The position numbers were made by a program, and so were the translations under genes. A stretch of 61,741 nt of DNA, the filler included, from Hausera hauseri (lineage: Eukaryota), in the NCBI GenBank assembly GCA_046269625.1. It is 11 parts of 11 records of this genome, joined end to end, with 100 filler letters (N's around TTAATTAATTAA, not from the genome) between each part and the next. Parts side by side here need not be neighbours in the genome. Positions count along the whole stretch, not along the records: positions 23,458 to 28,272 come from JBJURY010426141.1; positions 28,373 to 32,406 come from JBJURY010805309.1; positions 32,507 to 36,800 come from JBJURY010651552.1; positions 36,901 to 41,674 come from JBJURY010440580.1; 7 more parts are not named here. One strand, written 5' to 3'. Positions 23,851-37,975 of the stretch are shown here, piece by piece; position 1 is the first letter of the stretch; each line of letters starts with the position of its first letter. The notes under the pieces were generated by a model. The model saw only the letters and a list, made by a program, of their open reading frames with translations, was not told the DNA's origin and did not search any database.

Positions 23851-24289
23851 AGGTTGAACGCAGATACACGGTCAAACGAACCCATAACAGTGCAATCCAA
23901 AATCTTGATGGAACAGAATATCTTTATTTTCAAAAATTTAAAAAATCATTAGATCCATATTATGCTACCATGAAGCATATTTCTATGTACACATGTCTTT
24001 ATATTTATATATAAAAATTACGCAGATTAACACACAATGAATATTGAATTTTAAAGCGATCATACCAAAACAAACACAAAATCAAAAAAAAGATAACAAA
24101 CGCCAAACGATTGTCGAAATAAGTGTTACACATAATCAGAGAGAATGAAATACAATGTAGATACAGTTAATGAGATCAACGTAGACTAATTAAAATAAAA
24201 TGAGCTAAAATGACTAAAGGAGAGAGATGAGATTTATTAACAAATGTTCCGGCTAGCGTCTAATGTTTTGAATGTGCGAGACGATGCTA

Positions 24290-27200
24290 TTGGTAGGTCT
24301 ATTCACTGGCAGTTATAGTTTCATTCCAATTGTATTTTCGCATGAGATTTGATATGATAGTATTCTTCTGTCTGCTAAGAGGCAACATTGAAAAAGTGTG
24401 AAATGATGCAATTTTCTGATTGACAAAAATATAATTTGCTAGGTCACTCTGCCTGGATGGAATAAGAATAACTGAAGTCTGGAACGTCAAAATATGATGG
24501 ATCTGTTAATGGTGATTATATGTTGGAGATTTGGTTCATAATTGTGAATAATGACTTTTTTGACATGTAGGATCGTATGTCTAATACATAGACGTTGGTT
24601 CCAGCACTCTGACGAGAAACCGAGCTGCGCCAGCGACCATGGCACCACATCACCTCCCCTGTGTAGAAAAGAGACTGTAAAAGTGAAATGGAATGATGAA
24701 GATAATATGGATGAGAGCAATTGAGTCGTGAAAAGGAGCAATGTTTGGTGCCTATTCCGTTTTGGTATGAGTTAAGCGTTGTGTGCCATCAATAAACTTT
24801 TCTCTGCTGTACATATTGAATGTCACTTTACGTACCTTACTCGATGGATTAGCGCTGGGCTGTTGTGTGATATTTTGTGATGGGAGTGATAGTAAAGATG
24901 AGTCAAGCAAGAAAGGAGAGGAATGTTGTGAGCATGATGACGGACAGTGAAGTGAGACGGATGGAGGAAATGATGATGATTGAGTGTAGTCGAGTAGTGA
25001 TTGCTGCATCGACGCGAAATCGTTTAAAGTTAGTAGAATTACTAGCTGAGTTTGAATTAAGTGTAGAATTGTTATCTGGAATGTCGTCGATGAAAAAGGC
25101 AGGCTTCAGATTCGAAATGTGGGACTCTGTACGGTTTATCTTGGCATAAGATTGTTGCTGTGTGAAATGAAAGATTCAGCAGTTTGTACGGGCCAACATA
25201 CTGAGGTTTAAAACCAGAAGAAGATTGACCTTTTAACCACACAAACTTGGCGGAGTATAGATCCTTCGGAATGTAGGATTTGTTGTTATTAAAGAGGCGG
25301 CAGAATGAATATGAGCTGACCTCGACGAAATGAGATTGCGCTGCACGAATGTTCTTATCTATGGGGTTGTCGTCGAGATCAGAAAGTTCAAATAAAGCCC
25401 GAATTGGAGTCCCGAAAAATGCTTCGGCTGGAGCAGAACCGGTAGTGGTCAAAGGTGTGTTGCGCCAACCTAGCAGAACAAAAGGTAGAATGGACGTACA
25501 ATTACGATTAGTATCAGCCACGATTTTTAGAGAAATTTTCATTGTGCGATGAAACCTTTCGAGAAGGCCCTTTGCTTGGGAATGATATGAAGTAGTATGA
25601 AAATGGGACATCCACAAAAGTTTGACAAGTGATTTGAAAAGTTTAGACTCAAATTATGGACCTTAATCCGTTATTATGTACCGTGGGGAACCAAAGCGAT
25701 TGATCCAGATTTTAATAAAAGCGTCGGCTACTGAATCAATGTTTGATGAACGAAGAGGAACGGCTTCAGGCCAACGAGAAGCACGATCCATCATGGTAAG
25801 TATGTGCTGATATCCGTTGTCGGCATATAAAGGACCAACTAAATCAAGGTGAACTGTATGAAAGCGTGATGTACAGGGAAAGTGGTAAAGTGGTGATTTA
25901 AGATGTTTGTTAATCTTGTATTTTTGACAGGCAATGTATTCTTTGACCCAGTCTTGTACATCTTTGCGCATTGACGGCCATACTACATGACGTTGAAGCA
26001 GGCGAAAAGTAGCTTTGGAACCTGGATGATGGAGTGAATGCGCATGAACAAAAGCTGGCTTTTGTAAAGGTGGTGCTAGGATAACCTTTTTATTGCCTGT
26101 ATTAGATGTATCAAAAGCTATTCCATCAATGATCTCGTAGGATCTGAAAGAACTAAGGAGATCAACGGATGGTTGATTGGCCTTTAAGACTTCAGATGAG
26201 AAAATTGGCTCAACTGTAATGGATCTAACCGACCTCGATAGAAAGTAAGCTACCAAGTTATCCGTGCCTGAGATATATTCCAAAGTAAAACTGAACGTTG
26301 ATAGGTATGATATGTGTCTCTCTTGCCTTCCTGATAGCTCTTTTAACGACATGATGTGCGGCAGAGGCTTATGGTCAGTTTGAATTACGAATGGACGAGA
26401 GAGAAGTAAGTGTTTGAAATGTTTTACTGCCAGAACTATGGCAAGTAACTCGCGATCAAATGTGGAGTAACGGCTCTCAGGTTGTGTTAGTTTCCTAGAA
26501 TAGAATTCTAATGGCTCGTCGACACCATTAGAGATCTGGTGTAGTACAGCACCAATAGCTGTGGTAGAGGCATCGGTTGTAAGAATAAGATCTGCCTTGG
26601 GTTTTGGATAAGCCAGTATTTCAACTGTTTTAAGACCCTCACGTAAATGATCAAATTTGGTTGCCAAATGAGGAGTCCAGTGGATCAACTGTCTCTTTTT
26701 TCCTGAAGATAAATGTGCGAAAGGTGCCGTAAACTCAGAGCAATGAGGCACGTATTTGTGGATGAAATGGAGTGTGCCTAAAAAACTTCTCATGTCAGAG
26801 GTAGTTATTGGTAGAGTTATGTTCTTTAATTGTTGTAATCGATCCGGTTGTGGAGAGTGGCCGTTAGGAGTCATGACATGGCCTAGAAAATTAAAACGAT
26901 TTTGAAAGAAATGACACTTGGCGAAATTGACTTGCAAATTGCTATGATGTCATCTGTGAAAGATAACACGAAGGTGTTCCTGATGCTGTTTGACAGACGT
27001 AGAGGTAACTAGTATGTCATCAATATATGGATGAGCGAAATCTAGACCTGAGAGTACAGTATCAATGTGCCGTTGGAAAGTTTAAGAAGCACTACGTAAA
27101 CCAAATGGCATAAAGATATATTAGTAGAGGCCAAATGAAATAATGATAGCAGTTTTTGGAATATCATCATGTGAAACAGGAATTTGATGATATACTTTAT

Positions 27201-28272
27201 GCAAGTCAATTGTGGAGTACGTGTTAGTGTTGGTAAGGCTGTGCAGGATGTCATTTATAAGAGATAAAGAATACGCATCCATGACTGTTTGACTATTTAA
27301 CTGCCGATAATCACCGCATGGTCTGTATGTGCCATCTTTCTTCGTCACAACATGCAAAGGCGAAGCACATGGTGATTTGGATCGTCGATTTGAACTCTGA
27401 TTCAACAGCTTTTCGTCTGCGAAGTGAAAGTGGCCTTACCTTTTGTTTAATAGGTTTTTGGTGTTCGGTGACTATGTGGAGATATGTTGTAGAATGCGGC
27501 TTGAAATTGATCTCCTTCTTAAGAGTACGGGAACAAGAAGTTTTAATGTAGGATTTAAGGTCAGAACCCAACGATAAGAATGATGATGGCATATCATTAT
27601 AAGAGTCAGTTGCTGTAATTGATGTAGAATGACTAAATGCTTCATTAACGACATTTGGTTCAGCCGATTGTTTCAAGATTGCTCCCACTGGACGAGATTA
27701 AAAATACTGATAAATTGTTAAGTGTGTTGTTATCATCCGATGAACAGAATGTCAAATTGATATTTGAATGAACAGAGGAGGAAAAAGTGACCGACTGGTC
27801 GTTTGGTGAGCATTTGCTAGAATTTGCAACGAAATTTCTGCGCAGGATGCATTTATGCTGGCAGTCGACTAACAAATCGTATGTAGCTAGGAAATCGGAG
27901 CCTATTATTGGCGAAAATTCTCCTGGTAGGTTGGAGAATGTAAAGAACAGTTTTGTGGTACCTACAATGTTCAAAGGTTGACCACAGGCAGTGAAGAGTG
28001 GAGGAGAGAAAACTGTGTTAGATGTAGGAGCAAGAGACAAAGGAAGAAGTGAAAAAGCAGCTCCTGAATCAATAAGGAAATCTACGTGTGATGTGTCCCC
28101 AAATAATAGATCAGCTTTCAACAGGAAGACTGCAGAAGCGGTGTTGAAACGGCCAGTAGTTTGAACGATATTGCCTGTAACAGAATGTGCCGTGGCATCT
28201 GGTGGCATTATTGGTTTTTTGAGACTTGTTGGTATAAGGCGGAAGAATGGTGAGTACGCGGAGGCGAAGAAA
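24290..28272 (-). mobile_element. Decayed Ty3/Gypsy element: protease, RT, RNase H, integrase, PPT and 3' LTR
   Basis: FLIDSGA, YRPCGDYRQLN, YIDD about 27017-27028, LTTDAS, HLDLVGPL, ERFHRTMK. PPT AGGGGAGG (24653-24660) then TGTGGTG starting at 24649. Left LTR boundary uncertain. Confidence 0.93.
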
Positions 28273-28697
28273 NNNNNNNNNNNNNNNNNNNNNNNNNNNN
28301 NNNNNNNNNNNNNNNNTTAATTAATTAANNNNNNNNNNNNNNNNNNNNNNNNNNNNNNNNNNNNNNNNNNNNTCCTTATAAAACTAGCAGCATTCATCTT
28401 CACTTTTCAGTTTTGTTTGTAGTCTGTTGGAGAAACGTAACATTTTTTAGGTATGTGATGAAAAGCAACAGCTGATGGCTTGTTACTGTAAAGTTTGAAG
28501 TAAAGCACAGAAGAAGAGGCAAACTAAGAGCCAGATGGTAGGGAGTTGTTTAGATAAACTAAAGATGGCACAATTTGAAAAAGGCATTTACCTCTCAGAT
28601 TAGCCAACGCGGCAACTAATAGTGATGATGATGATATGTCTGTCTATTGTATTTTGTTTGTATATTTACGTCGAATCATTTATCCATCTTTCTGTAG

Positions 28698-28793
28698 GCT
28701 CAAGCACAAGAATGTGTTCTAGAAGGTAGATTAATTGGTGGAACTAAAGACGGTATTGCCAACTGCGCCAAGATTGCTCAGGAATGTGCCATG
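28698..28793 (+). CDS. Isolated internal exon of an unidentified host gene
   Basis: tctgtag| 96-nt open frame AQAQECVLEGRLIGGTKDGIANCAKIAQECAM |gtacgt, phase 0-0. Confidence 0.5.
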
Positions 28794-29086
28794 GTACGTC
28801 ACAGTTCATTTACATTCAGATTTGTCCAATATTTTTCATGTCTCTAGAGTGGCTAAATTTCAAGAGACCCAAAATTTGACACAACAGTAAGTAAATAGTG
28901 TTTATGGGGGAAAAAAAAAAACAAAATTACAACTCTTAATTACATAAATATATACATATGTTTCTCATGACAATGTATATTTTCCCTGGAATCTTGCCTG
29001 TAGTGACAATGTTCTTCAGTGTTTTTCTAGACATGCACTAACCTGAATCTTGCCTGTAGTGACAATGTTCTCCAGTGTTTTTTTTA

Positions 29087-29280
29087 GACAGGCACTAACC
29101 TGGAAACCCCAGGGAAACGGGAATACAGGAAACCCATGAATACCTGGCGCAGAAACTTAGAGACAGACACAAAAAAGTTGGGCTACACCTGGAACCAAAT
29201 AGAAAGCAAGGCCCAGGACAGGAAAGGTTGGACAGATCTTGTAGACGACCTATGCTTCACAAAGGAGTCGCATCGATAAG
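29087..29280 (+). mobile_element. RTE-clade LINE 3' remnant
   Basis: Encodes RQALTWKPQG then, in shifted frames, TWRRNLE and AQDRKGW..LV..LC; preceded by an approximately 56-bp tandem duplication (28990-29102). Confidence 0.7.
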
Positions 29281-30118
29281 TTAAATAATTTAGTTCTTCT
29301 ACTGACCTATAATTGTATACATATTATGTTCATCTTCTTTTCTGGAGGAATGGTTTATGTGCTTCCCGTTAGATCTCATCTTCACGAAAAGTTGATATCG
29401 GTTTTAGTGGATCATATCTGCACAAATGCATGGCGTGGGTTTTTGTGGATCTTGTCTGCACGGACATCTGGTGGAGGTATCATTAAACCTTAACCTATAA
29501 TAAGGATAGTTGGTTGACTACTCTTATCTTTGTTTATCAAGCGTTATAAAACAATACATTTTGTATGTAAGCAATATAATATATTTTGAGACTAGCCTGT
29601 CAAGGCGAACGCCCAGGATTAATCCAACTGTAGACTGGTACTAGAAAAGCAGTCTGTGCTTTCTACATCAGGCATTCACACATCGCATGGCTACATAAAA
29701 ATATGGTCTTACCTCCAAATATACATGCGACTGAAAGCGGTCACGGATTGACTTTTCCCGATTACTTTTAAAATATTTTAAGATCAATTAATCATCTGAA
29801 GCATTGCTTTTTTTTAATTGATTAACCGAAACAAGGGCTCACGTTTTCAATCATTCAAGACAACCCTATCTCCATCAATTTCCGTTGACTTGTTGCTTCA
29901 TTTAAGACCAGGCGTGGCTCCGTTGGCTCCAGGCGTGCAACTCGGTCTTATGGCCGGATGCAATATCAGTTGTTTTTATTGATGCCATACAGCACAGACC
30001 ATAATAAAACGAGCAACAATTATTTTTTTATTAAAAAACATAATAATAATGTATTCATAAATTTGTGGAATACAATATATGTTATCACACGTTCTGTTTT
30101 TGTCACAAATCGTCTAAT

Positions 30119-30801
30119 CTACAAATCCCTGGGCAAATGGCACTGATCTTTGACAAACCACGTCCTGAGATCTGGATATGTCTTGTTCTTCTGATCTGTC
30201 CATAATTTCTTACAGACCTCACAGAATATGTTCTCACCAATAGATCGATACTTTGATTTCTCCATTAACATGGCCAGGTACTTTTGCTTGTCTTTAGAAA
30301 GATTCAATAAAAACGTCGCCAGATCTTCCGGAGTCTTGAAATCCGAAGCGTCAATAAAAGTATCGGGTGGGAAGAATCGTTTATAATCTGCACCTCCACG
30401 AACAACGGGTATCACGTCAACATTTTTAAAAATCTTGAAGAATTTTTCCGTGACGTAATCTTTACAGAGCGTGTTTTCAAAAGCCAGGTAGAAAAAATAT
30501 GATCTTGACAACATTGGCAAACACAAACTATCGTCTATAGCACGTTTGTTCAATCCTTTGGAGCAGTTATAAGTTCCACAGCTGCCGAAGACGTGGACGT
30601 CAAGTGACTTCTGCATACGTCTGACGTATTCATCTCTGCCACTGGACGTCCGGCAGTTACTAACGAACCAAGCAGCTGGAAATTTTTTGCTGTTGACTAT
30701 TTCGTGATAGTTCTTTTGAGGTAAGGGCTGTCTTGCTAATTTTCCATACATGTGTACAATGTCAGAGTCCAAACGGTAGGTCATTGTCCAATTGAACTGG
30801 C
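30119..30801 (-). CDS. Alpha-1,3-fucosyltransferase (GT10), last coding exon
   Basis: Acceptor ttctccag| at 30802-30803; FNWTMTYRLDSD, AWFVSNC, YFFYLAFENTLCKDYVTEKF (alpha-1,3-FucT motif), FIDASDF; open to stop. Confidence 0.93.
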
Positions 30802-31549
30802 CTGGAGAAAAAAATCTCGTAATTACTGGGAGTCGTTTTTTCCAATTCAAGTGTTAAAAAAGCTGTCAATTTAAATAAAACAGGGAGATATTGAAAATTA
30901 GAAGAAAGAGTAGAGTAAAAGGCGAAGGATGATTTGAGAAATAAAGAAAGAACAAAAAGAAGCAGAACACATACAGGAAATACAGGAATGTTTTATCAGT
31001 AATAAGATATATCCACACGATTTGAGGCGTATAATTTAATGTGGAGTTAGTGTCAACATGCTGTTCTTTTACCTACCTCACAGAACTAGGTCATGCTGTC
31101 GGCGTTACTTTCTCAGTTTGTCTAGCACCCAATTTTTAGGCTGTTTTGGCTATCTTCGTAATGGTCCCCAGATTTGATTAGGTTCTTTTTTTCTTTTTAA
31201 TTTTCTATCGTTATTTTCAGTGCTATCTTTAGTGTCCTCTTTTTTCATATTCCAACTGGTGCCCATCATAAAGCCATCTTCGAAATACGTTTTAGTTAAT
31301 TATATGTCGTGACTATTAATTCTACTGTATAATTGTTGCCATGTCATTTTGATGACATTTACTAAATACTTCCTGAATAGAAATGGCATGTGGTATGAAA
31401 TCGCACAGAATATGTCTCCCAATTTAACGAGAAAGTCCAGGATATATCGTTCTAGCCACTCTCCATCTTTCTGAATAGCAGAGTTGACAATGCACAATTT
31501 CGTTTTTAATCGTTGGCTTTGAAAATACTATTATCTAATTCATTATCAT

Positions 31550-32265
31550 GATCTGTCTTTTGGTGACAACAGTCAAAGCTGCAATCATCCATCGTTTGGT
31601 GTCGTATAAGGCCAATACAAATGCGTTCCACTTCTCTCAGTCTGAGCAATATTTGCATAGCACCATATGTTTCATGTTGTTCCTCTCTGTCTCCACTGTT
31701 CTTCCACAGATTGTCTTAGATTCCTTGCTTTTTTTTTCTTTTCTCAGGTGTCAAGCTTAATGAAGTCTTGGTAATGTTCTGTGGATTTTTTCTGAGGACA
31801 TGTTTAATCTACATTTACCACTGCTTCTTATCACTGTTTCTAAGACTCCTTGTCCGCTGCGAGGTAGGAGTTTATTGTTACACAAGAACTATGGTCCAAA
31901 TACTCTGTGCATTTTTCAGGGCCCAGTTGTGTGGAATGATGACAGCCTTGACGTCTTTTTTTTCCTTTGCTCTTCAACACTTTTCTCCATACAGCAGCAC
32001 TTACTGCACACGGCTCTGATTATCACTAGGTGCCAGCTTTGCGACGTTGGACGTCATATGATTCTCAATCTTTCACAAATTAACACTTTATCCTCGCTGA
32101 TCCACTAAGTGTATTTCCTGCTATTTTGCCTGTTGTGATCAGGTTCTCCAGACCTTCCCTTTTTAAAACATGACCGATCATTTGTTTATCTCTTTTTGAT
32201 CTTACTGGCAGCCGTTCTCCCTGCATCCGTTTCGTGCAAAACATTTCATTTGTCAGCTCTGATAT
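31550..32265 (-). mobile_element. RTE-clade LINE remnants
   Basis: Minus strand GHVLKREGLENLITTGKIAG about 32115-32176; boundaries approximate. Confidence 0.6.
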
Positions 32266-32319
32266 ATATTGACAACATAAGTTTTTAATTATTGATAATA
32301 TTTATTTGTTAATTACTAA

Positions 32320-32400
32320 TGGCACACTGTCTGTGTGGGCCCGGGGATAGAATAGGCTCACTGCTGTCCATCAGCATGTCGTAAGAGGCGACTAATGATA
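32320..32400 (+). mobile_element. SINE-like conserved domain
   Basis: gggatagaataggc...gtcgtaagaggcgactaa resembles a core I recall from mollusc (Meta-type) SINEs. Confidence 0.4.
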
Positions 32401-32716
32401 GTTTTTNNNNNNNNNNNNNNNNNNNNNNNNNNNNNNNNNNNNNNNNNNNNTTAATTAATTAANNNNNNNNNNNNNNNNNNNNNNNNNNNNNNNNNNNNNN
32501 NNNNNNTATAAATATATATATCCATGTGCGACGATGTTGAACCTTCGACTAATCTAAACTAACCAAAACATACAATCTTTTGGATACAAATATAACAGAA
32601 CATTTTCTGTAATCATATCACTAAGTATAATTCAGTAAGAAATGTACAACTAATATAAACTTTGAAGAATACCAAAAGCACACACATTACACTGGAAAGG
32701 ATATACATTATGTTAG

Positions 32717-33600
32717 TTCTCTTCTTCTTCTTCATCTTCTTTCGTTCATGTTGATCTATATCTGTAGACGTGTCTCCCTGATGACACTGTGTTCTGGAGT
32801 TCTATCATGGAGCCATACAACTTTGTGTCTAGTGAAGTTTCTCTTGGCCAGTGAGTGGGCCTCAATGCATCATACTGGGTGCAGTTTTGGAGGATATGTT
32901 CCACAGTCTGGGGTGGCTGTCCACACGCGCACAGGGCATATTGTCCTATTTTTAATTTTGTGTACATGTGGCTGCGGAGTCGGTTGTGTCCTGTTCTGAG
33001 GCGAAATATTGTGACTTGTTCGTTTCCTATCCAACATATGATAGGCATCTGGAAATACTAAGGATGATTTCTTGCGTATCTTTATCATACTCTTTTGTGG
33101 TCATACGTTATTGGGATGTTTGGTTGCTAGATTAGAGTACCATCTTTGGCCAGAGTAGTATCAGCTTTCTCATTTCCTGGAATTAAAAAGTGGGATGGGA
33201 TCCATTGTATAGTTACTCGTTGATGACTGCTAATTTTGGCCAGAGTGTCTTTAGCTCTGTCAGTTTTCTGCTCTCACTGGCTTCTAAGACCGAGTTTGCA
33301 TCTGTGAGGAATATTAATTAGATCTTGATTGCTCTGGCTTTGGAATTGTAGTTATTACTGTGTTTTCCTGTAGGTATACTGACAGTATTGATGGTTTTAT
33401 TAGGGTATTCGATAAATCTTCCAGCGCCTCCGTTCTTTACAGCGTTTTGTGCTGATCCATCTGTATAGATACGAATCCATTGTTCTCGAGGGTATACGTC
33501 ATCAAGGTGGCTTAGTGTTGCTATTCCTCTTTTTTAGCTGATTTTGATGATCTCTATTGTATACACCTGGTACTTCTGTCCTGATATCATGTTAACTAAA
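32717..33600 (-). mobile_element. Decayed RNase H-containing LINE (I/Nimb/Ingi group) 3' end with (GAA)n tail
   Basis: WIRIYTDGSA, QWIPSH, IPGNEKAD, IFRLRTGH and CACG..TVEHILQNC zinc knuckle; (TTC)n on plus strand 32717-32742. Confidence 0.88.
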
Positions 33601-35358
33601 TTACTAAATTATCCAAGTTTACTTCGACAGAAGCCGTGATTTGAAGTAAAAGAAAGAGGTAGGTTTAAACATCAATGACAGATGATACCTGACAAAGGTA
33701 TTTCGAAAGTGCACTTAATAAATTAACATATCTACATAAGGTAGACATGGGCTGAATGTAATCAAACTCTATGTGTACATGGAACACTTAAACGGGTTTA
33801 AGGAAAATCTTAGGCTTGAGGTCGAACCATATTTTCTCAAACACATCCGACCCTTGAAAGTGTGATACGATGGTATCAAACGTTGGAATCATTATTATCA
33901 GTCTTTGGGCGTAGACCGTCAATGCATTCATCTTCCAGCACGCCTTGCAGCTTCTTATTTGACAGGAGCAAATGCTCCCCCCTTCTGTCTATCTGCAGGC
34001 GTCTCTGTAAAGTGTCCCAATGTGTAACGTTCTCTGTCCGCTATTCTTCACAAGGTAGTCTGTGTTTAGTTCATCCTCGTGTTCTCCTTCTCTCTGACAT
34101 TACGGTTTTGGCATAATATATAACCGCAAAAAAATTTCCATTGGGGAAAAAAATATCCAGTAACTTTGTGTCGTTACAATTACATTTTGCTACATCAACT
34201 CTCTTCGAGGTTTCATTTACATATGCACAATCTTAAGTTATGAAATGACTAAGACATTCAGTATACATTCGTCTGTAGCTCTTATCTTTTCCTGCTTTGG
34301 TGCATATCTCGTGCTCATGTCTGGTCTTCTCTGTGATTTGTTCAAAACTATTTACTTCAGTCTTCAGTATGCTAATTCCTGGTCCACGTTCTTTGCTCTT
34401 GAGTGTTATCAGTTCTGTTCTCATTAGTTTCGTCATTACCATCATGCAGCATGGCTTTTACAGAACGGCACTATCATCACACCCTACCTACCATTACTGT
34501 TTATTTTTCCCGGACGATTGTGTCATTTAGTGTAATCAAAGTGTTTCAGTTTACAACGAATGATATTGTGTATGATTCCGTTGGATGTCCATGTGTAACA
34601 TTTCCTTACAATTCCTGTAGACTTTAGCCATTAAAAATGAAAAGCTATTTAAAAGTTTCCTAAAATATGGCATCCGGTGGAATATAGCCGCGTGCATAAT
34701 ATGTTTTTTTTTTTTTTTTGCTTGACGCTTCTTGTTTCGCACGAGTAATTTCTGCTTATTATCGTGTAGAAAGTTGTGCCAGGTGTAAACTAGGAAGCTT
34801 TCATTCGTACATCTGTGCTGAATCTGTCTCGGTACTATTCGTCGGTTTGTGGCGTATAACGTTCGGTTTATGGCTGTTTAGGCGCGTAAACATAAGACTA
34901 TAGAAGACATTTCCTTAACCAGCATAGAACTGGAACTGTCGGTGACTGCATGCTGACAGATATATTGAGGATGAAAACATCAGCTGCTTTATTCGAGTAT
35001 ATTGACATAGTGTTCAAGAATGAAGCATTAAAATTACATTGAATGTCTTTCCGTTAATGAAGTATTGAAATTCAAAATTCGATCACGAATACTTTGATGA
35101 TTTTCCAGTCGCGCTCCATTGTCAATTTTGATTCACTGTTTTTAGGCAACAGGTCCACTTTCTTCGCTATGTCGTCGTCGTTGTACACAGATGGCGTTCA
35201 TAAATTATCACCCTCTTCCCTTTATTCTTCACGTTTTTTAAAATTAAAACTACTTATTCCCTCGGCCCCAGCTCAACATATAACTTCCTTTTTTCGTTTC
35301 TCTTCTTCTTATTCTTCGTCTCCTTTTTTACCTGTTCTATTGCTTCGATGATATATGA

Positions 35359-35500
35359 TACTACTGCTACTACTATTACTACCACTACAACAACCACCAC
35401 CACCACCACCATTACTACTATAATACTACTGCTGATGCTTCTAGTAATGCCACAGTTACTACTACTACCATTACTTAAACTACTGTTACTGCTACTCCAA
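35359..35500. repeat. (CTA)/(CCA) trinucleotide low-complexity tract
   Basis: Visible imperfect repeats. Confidence 0.85.
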
Positions 35501-36276
35501 GAACTATTAATGTAATACCTTTTAACCCCGCCACAGTCACGACCATACGATTACAGTGAGGCTAGGTAAGAAACTTCTCGTATATTTCCTAATTTGATCA
35601 TAATTTTCGATAACCACTAATTTTTAAGAGAGGTTATAACCTCGCTAACGTAAAAGTAAGTATCCCAGCAATTAACTTCTATGGGAGGCTATTTTCGAAT
35701 CAGCTTTGTTAACGCATACGGAGATGTGGCTATCAGATATCCTCCTGCTGATTGGATTTCTTGTGAGTTTACTCATTCTGACAGTTATTGTTTACCAGGC
35801 AACCTTGCCAAGAAAACGGCAGCACATCGTGACGTCTCATTAGCTTGTAAGATTCGCTAACAAGCAATAAGAGGTAGCTAAAATATCAATATACTAATGA
35901 ATGTTTCTGTAACGTGTATGTTCGAAACAATGTAAGTATATGGCATACTGTAAACAAAGTGAAAATGTGTAACTGTGTTACTAAAGACTTACAGAAGAGA
36001 CTATTCTCTTTCAGATCTTTCCATAAGAAAAACATTTCACTACGACAGGCAAATTTCAACACTTTGAGAACCCAGAAATCAAATGTTCCCATGTTATTTC
36101 ATGTTTTCGTTCTGTCGATTCTGCTATCACTACTACCACAGTTAGTGCTGTTACGCCTACAACTAGTGCTATTACTGTTACAAACATCACCAATACTGAT
36201 ATGTTTAATACTGATATTACTGATACTAATACCATTATCTCTACTATGGTACTACCACTACAATTCCACATCAGCG

Positions 36277-36332
36277 ACTACTACTACTACTGCTGTTACT
36301 ACTACTATTGCTACTACTACTACTACTACTAC

Positions 36333-36370
<38 letters not shown>

Positions 36371-36371
36371 T
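36277..36371. repeat. (ACT)n-(AAT)n compound microsatellite
   Basis: Visible repeats. Confidence 0.92.
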
Positions 36372-36451
36372 TCCATCTTCATCTGTAACAAAACCACATG
36401 GGCTACATATCCCAGAAGGTCCGGTATGGAAGTCAGCAAGTTATAGAAATT

Positions 36452-36709
36452 TTAAGATGGTTTCCCATCTGATGGCGCTGGCTGTAATGAAAATCTCGAC
36501 AGAGCTTGTCTGATGTATCTACATTGTTTAAGTTCTTCCCACTCGTCGTCTGTAATTGGACCTCGGATCTTCGTTGGCGTCATAAACTCTCTGTACCGAA
36601 GTGGCCTGGGCGCTGATGTGTAAATCTTAGGAAGAAGGACTGGCGCAAGCCGTAGTGATTTTTTCCTTTTGTATTTCAAGAACGACTGAGCGCCATCTTG
36701 TTCATACAT
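36452..36709 (-). CDS. Possible C-terminal coding segment of an uncharacterised host protein
   Basis: Protein-like frame containing EWEELKQCRYIR; its upstream side abuts an RTE fragment (DRNKQLERWVEHYSKLYS, 36740-36800). Confidence 0.4.
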   Translation of the reverse strand: MYEQDGAQSFLKYKRKKSLRLAPVLLPKIYTSAPRPLRYREFMTPTKIRGPITDDEWEELKQCRYIRQALSRFSLQPAPSDGKPS

Positions 36710-37975
36710 CGGACGGGATATACGAGTTCAGCGGTTTCTCATCACTATAAAGTTTTGAATAGTGTTCAACCCATCTTTCGAGTTGTTTGTTTCTGTCCAT
36801 NNNNNNNNNNNNNNNNNNNNNNNNNNNNNNNNNNNNNNNNNNNNTTAATTAATTAANNNNNNNNNNNNNNNNNNNNNNNNNNNNNNNNNNNNNNNNNNNN
36901 TAATAAGGTATGTAGCTCTGTCAGTTTGCTGATGTTGTAAAGATGACAAATATTAAGGTGTCCTGTTCTAAGTCCGTGTGGATTAGGATAGTCGGTTTTG
37001 ATTGGTGTTGCCATATTATTTTAGGGTTACAATGAATACAATAATTATGAATATACAGTCAAACAGAATCAATAATATTTATACGGTCACACACTATTAT
37101 AAACAAGTAATACGTAATTTCTCCGAGATAGTAAAACTCTCGGTAGAATCAGATCATACTAACGTTTCTTCAAGAAGAGAAATGAAAACAAATATTGCCA
37201 AGTCTCAAACTTCAAGTTTGCTATTTAAGCTAAATTCAAACAGTCAAAGTTCTGTAAATATTCACAAACAAAACGAATGACACAATTTACTATAAAGTGG
37301 AGGTTGGGCATCATATCGGAGGTGTTCATCTATTTATAAAAAGTATTCACGGGTGGCATGTAGCATGTGCTACGATGTGTGGACATGGCCAGTGCATGTC
37401 TGAGTAGTGCAGGGTTGAATTGCATCAGATAAGCCAGTTCTGGATTCCACTGGGGCCTGTAATTTTCATAATTGTAATGGCGACCACCAGTTTCCCGACT
37501 AGAGAATGATGGGTTTTCAGTTGGACATTTAACTGGAGTGTTGTCTCCTACCATTCTTTCACTTGACAGGGGTTGTCTGGATGAGAGAGGAGGAAAGTCG
37601 ATATCGTAGGACTCTCTTATTGTGCTTGCTGTAGACTGTGGCACTGGCTGTTGCATAGATGTGCGGTTGTTTCTTGTGAGGGTGGTCGTGTCATTGCCGC
37701 TTGAATTGATGGTTTTTCGAGATGCTTCTTGATGACGATCTGTGTGTTGTCTATGCTTTTGTTGCGTTCTCTCTGGGTATTTGAGATTCTTTGCTAGGAT
37801 ACTGCTTCCTAGTTTATTGAATTCTGCAGCAGGGTGTGTTCAGAAAAATCTATCGGTTTATTCTGGCGCCTACATCGGAGCATGAACGGCAATGCGAGGC
37901 ACAAAGGTATCCCAGACTTCAGGACTAACAACATGATCTGACAGAGAACCGATGAGACCAAGGGAAAGACCCTAA

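Noticed and set aside
35914-36513. 199-aa ORF with poly-Thr/poly-Asn
   Set aside because: Produced by trinucleotide repeats; no domain
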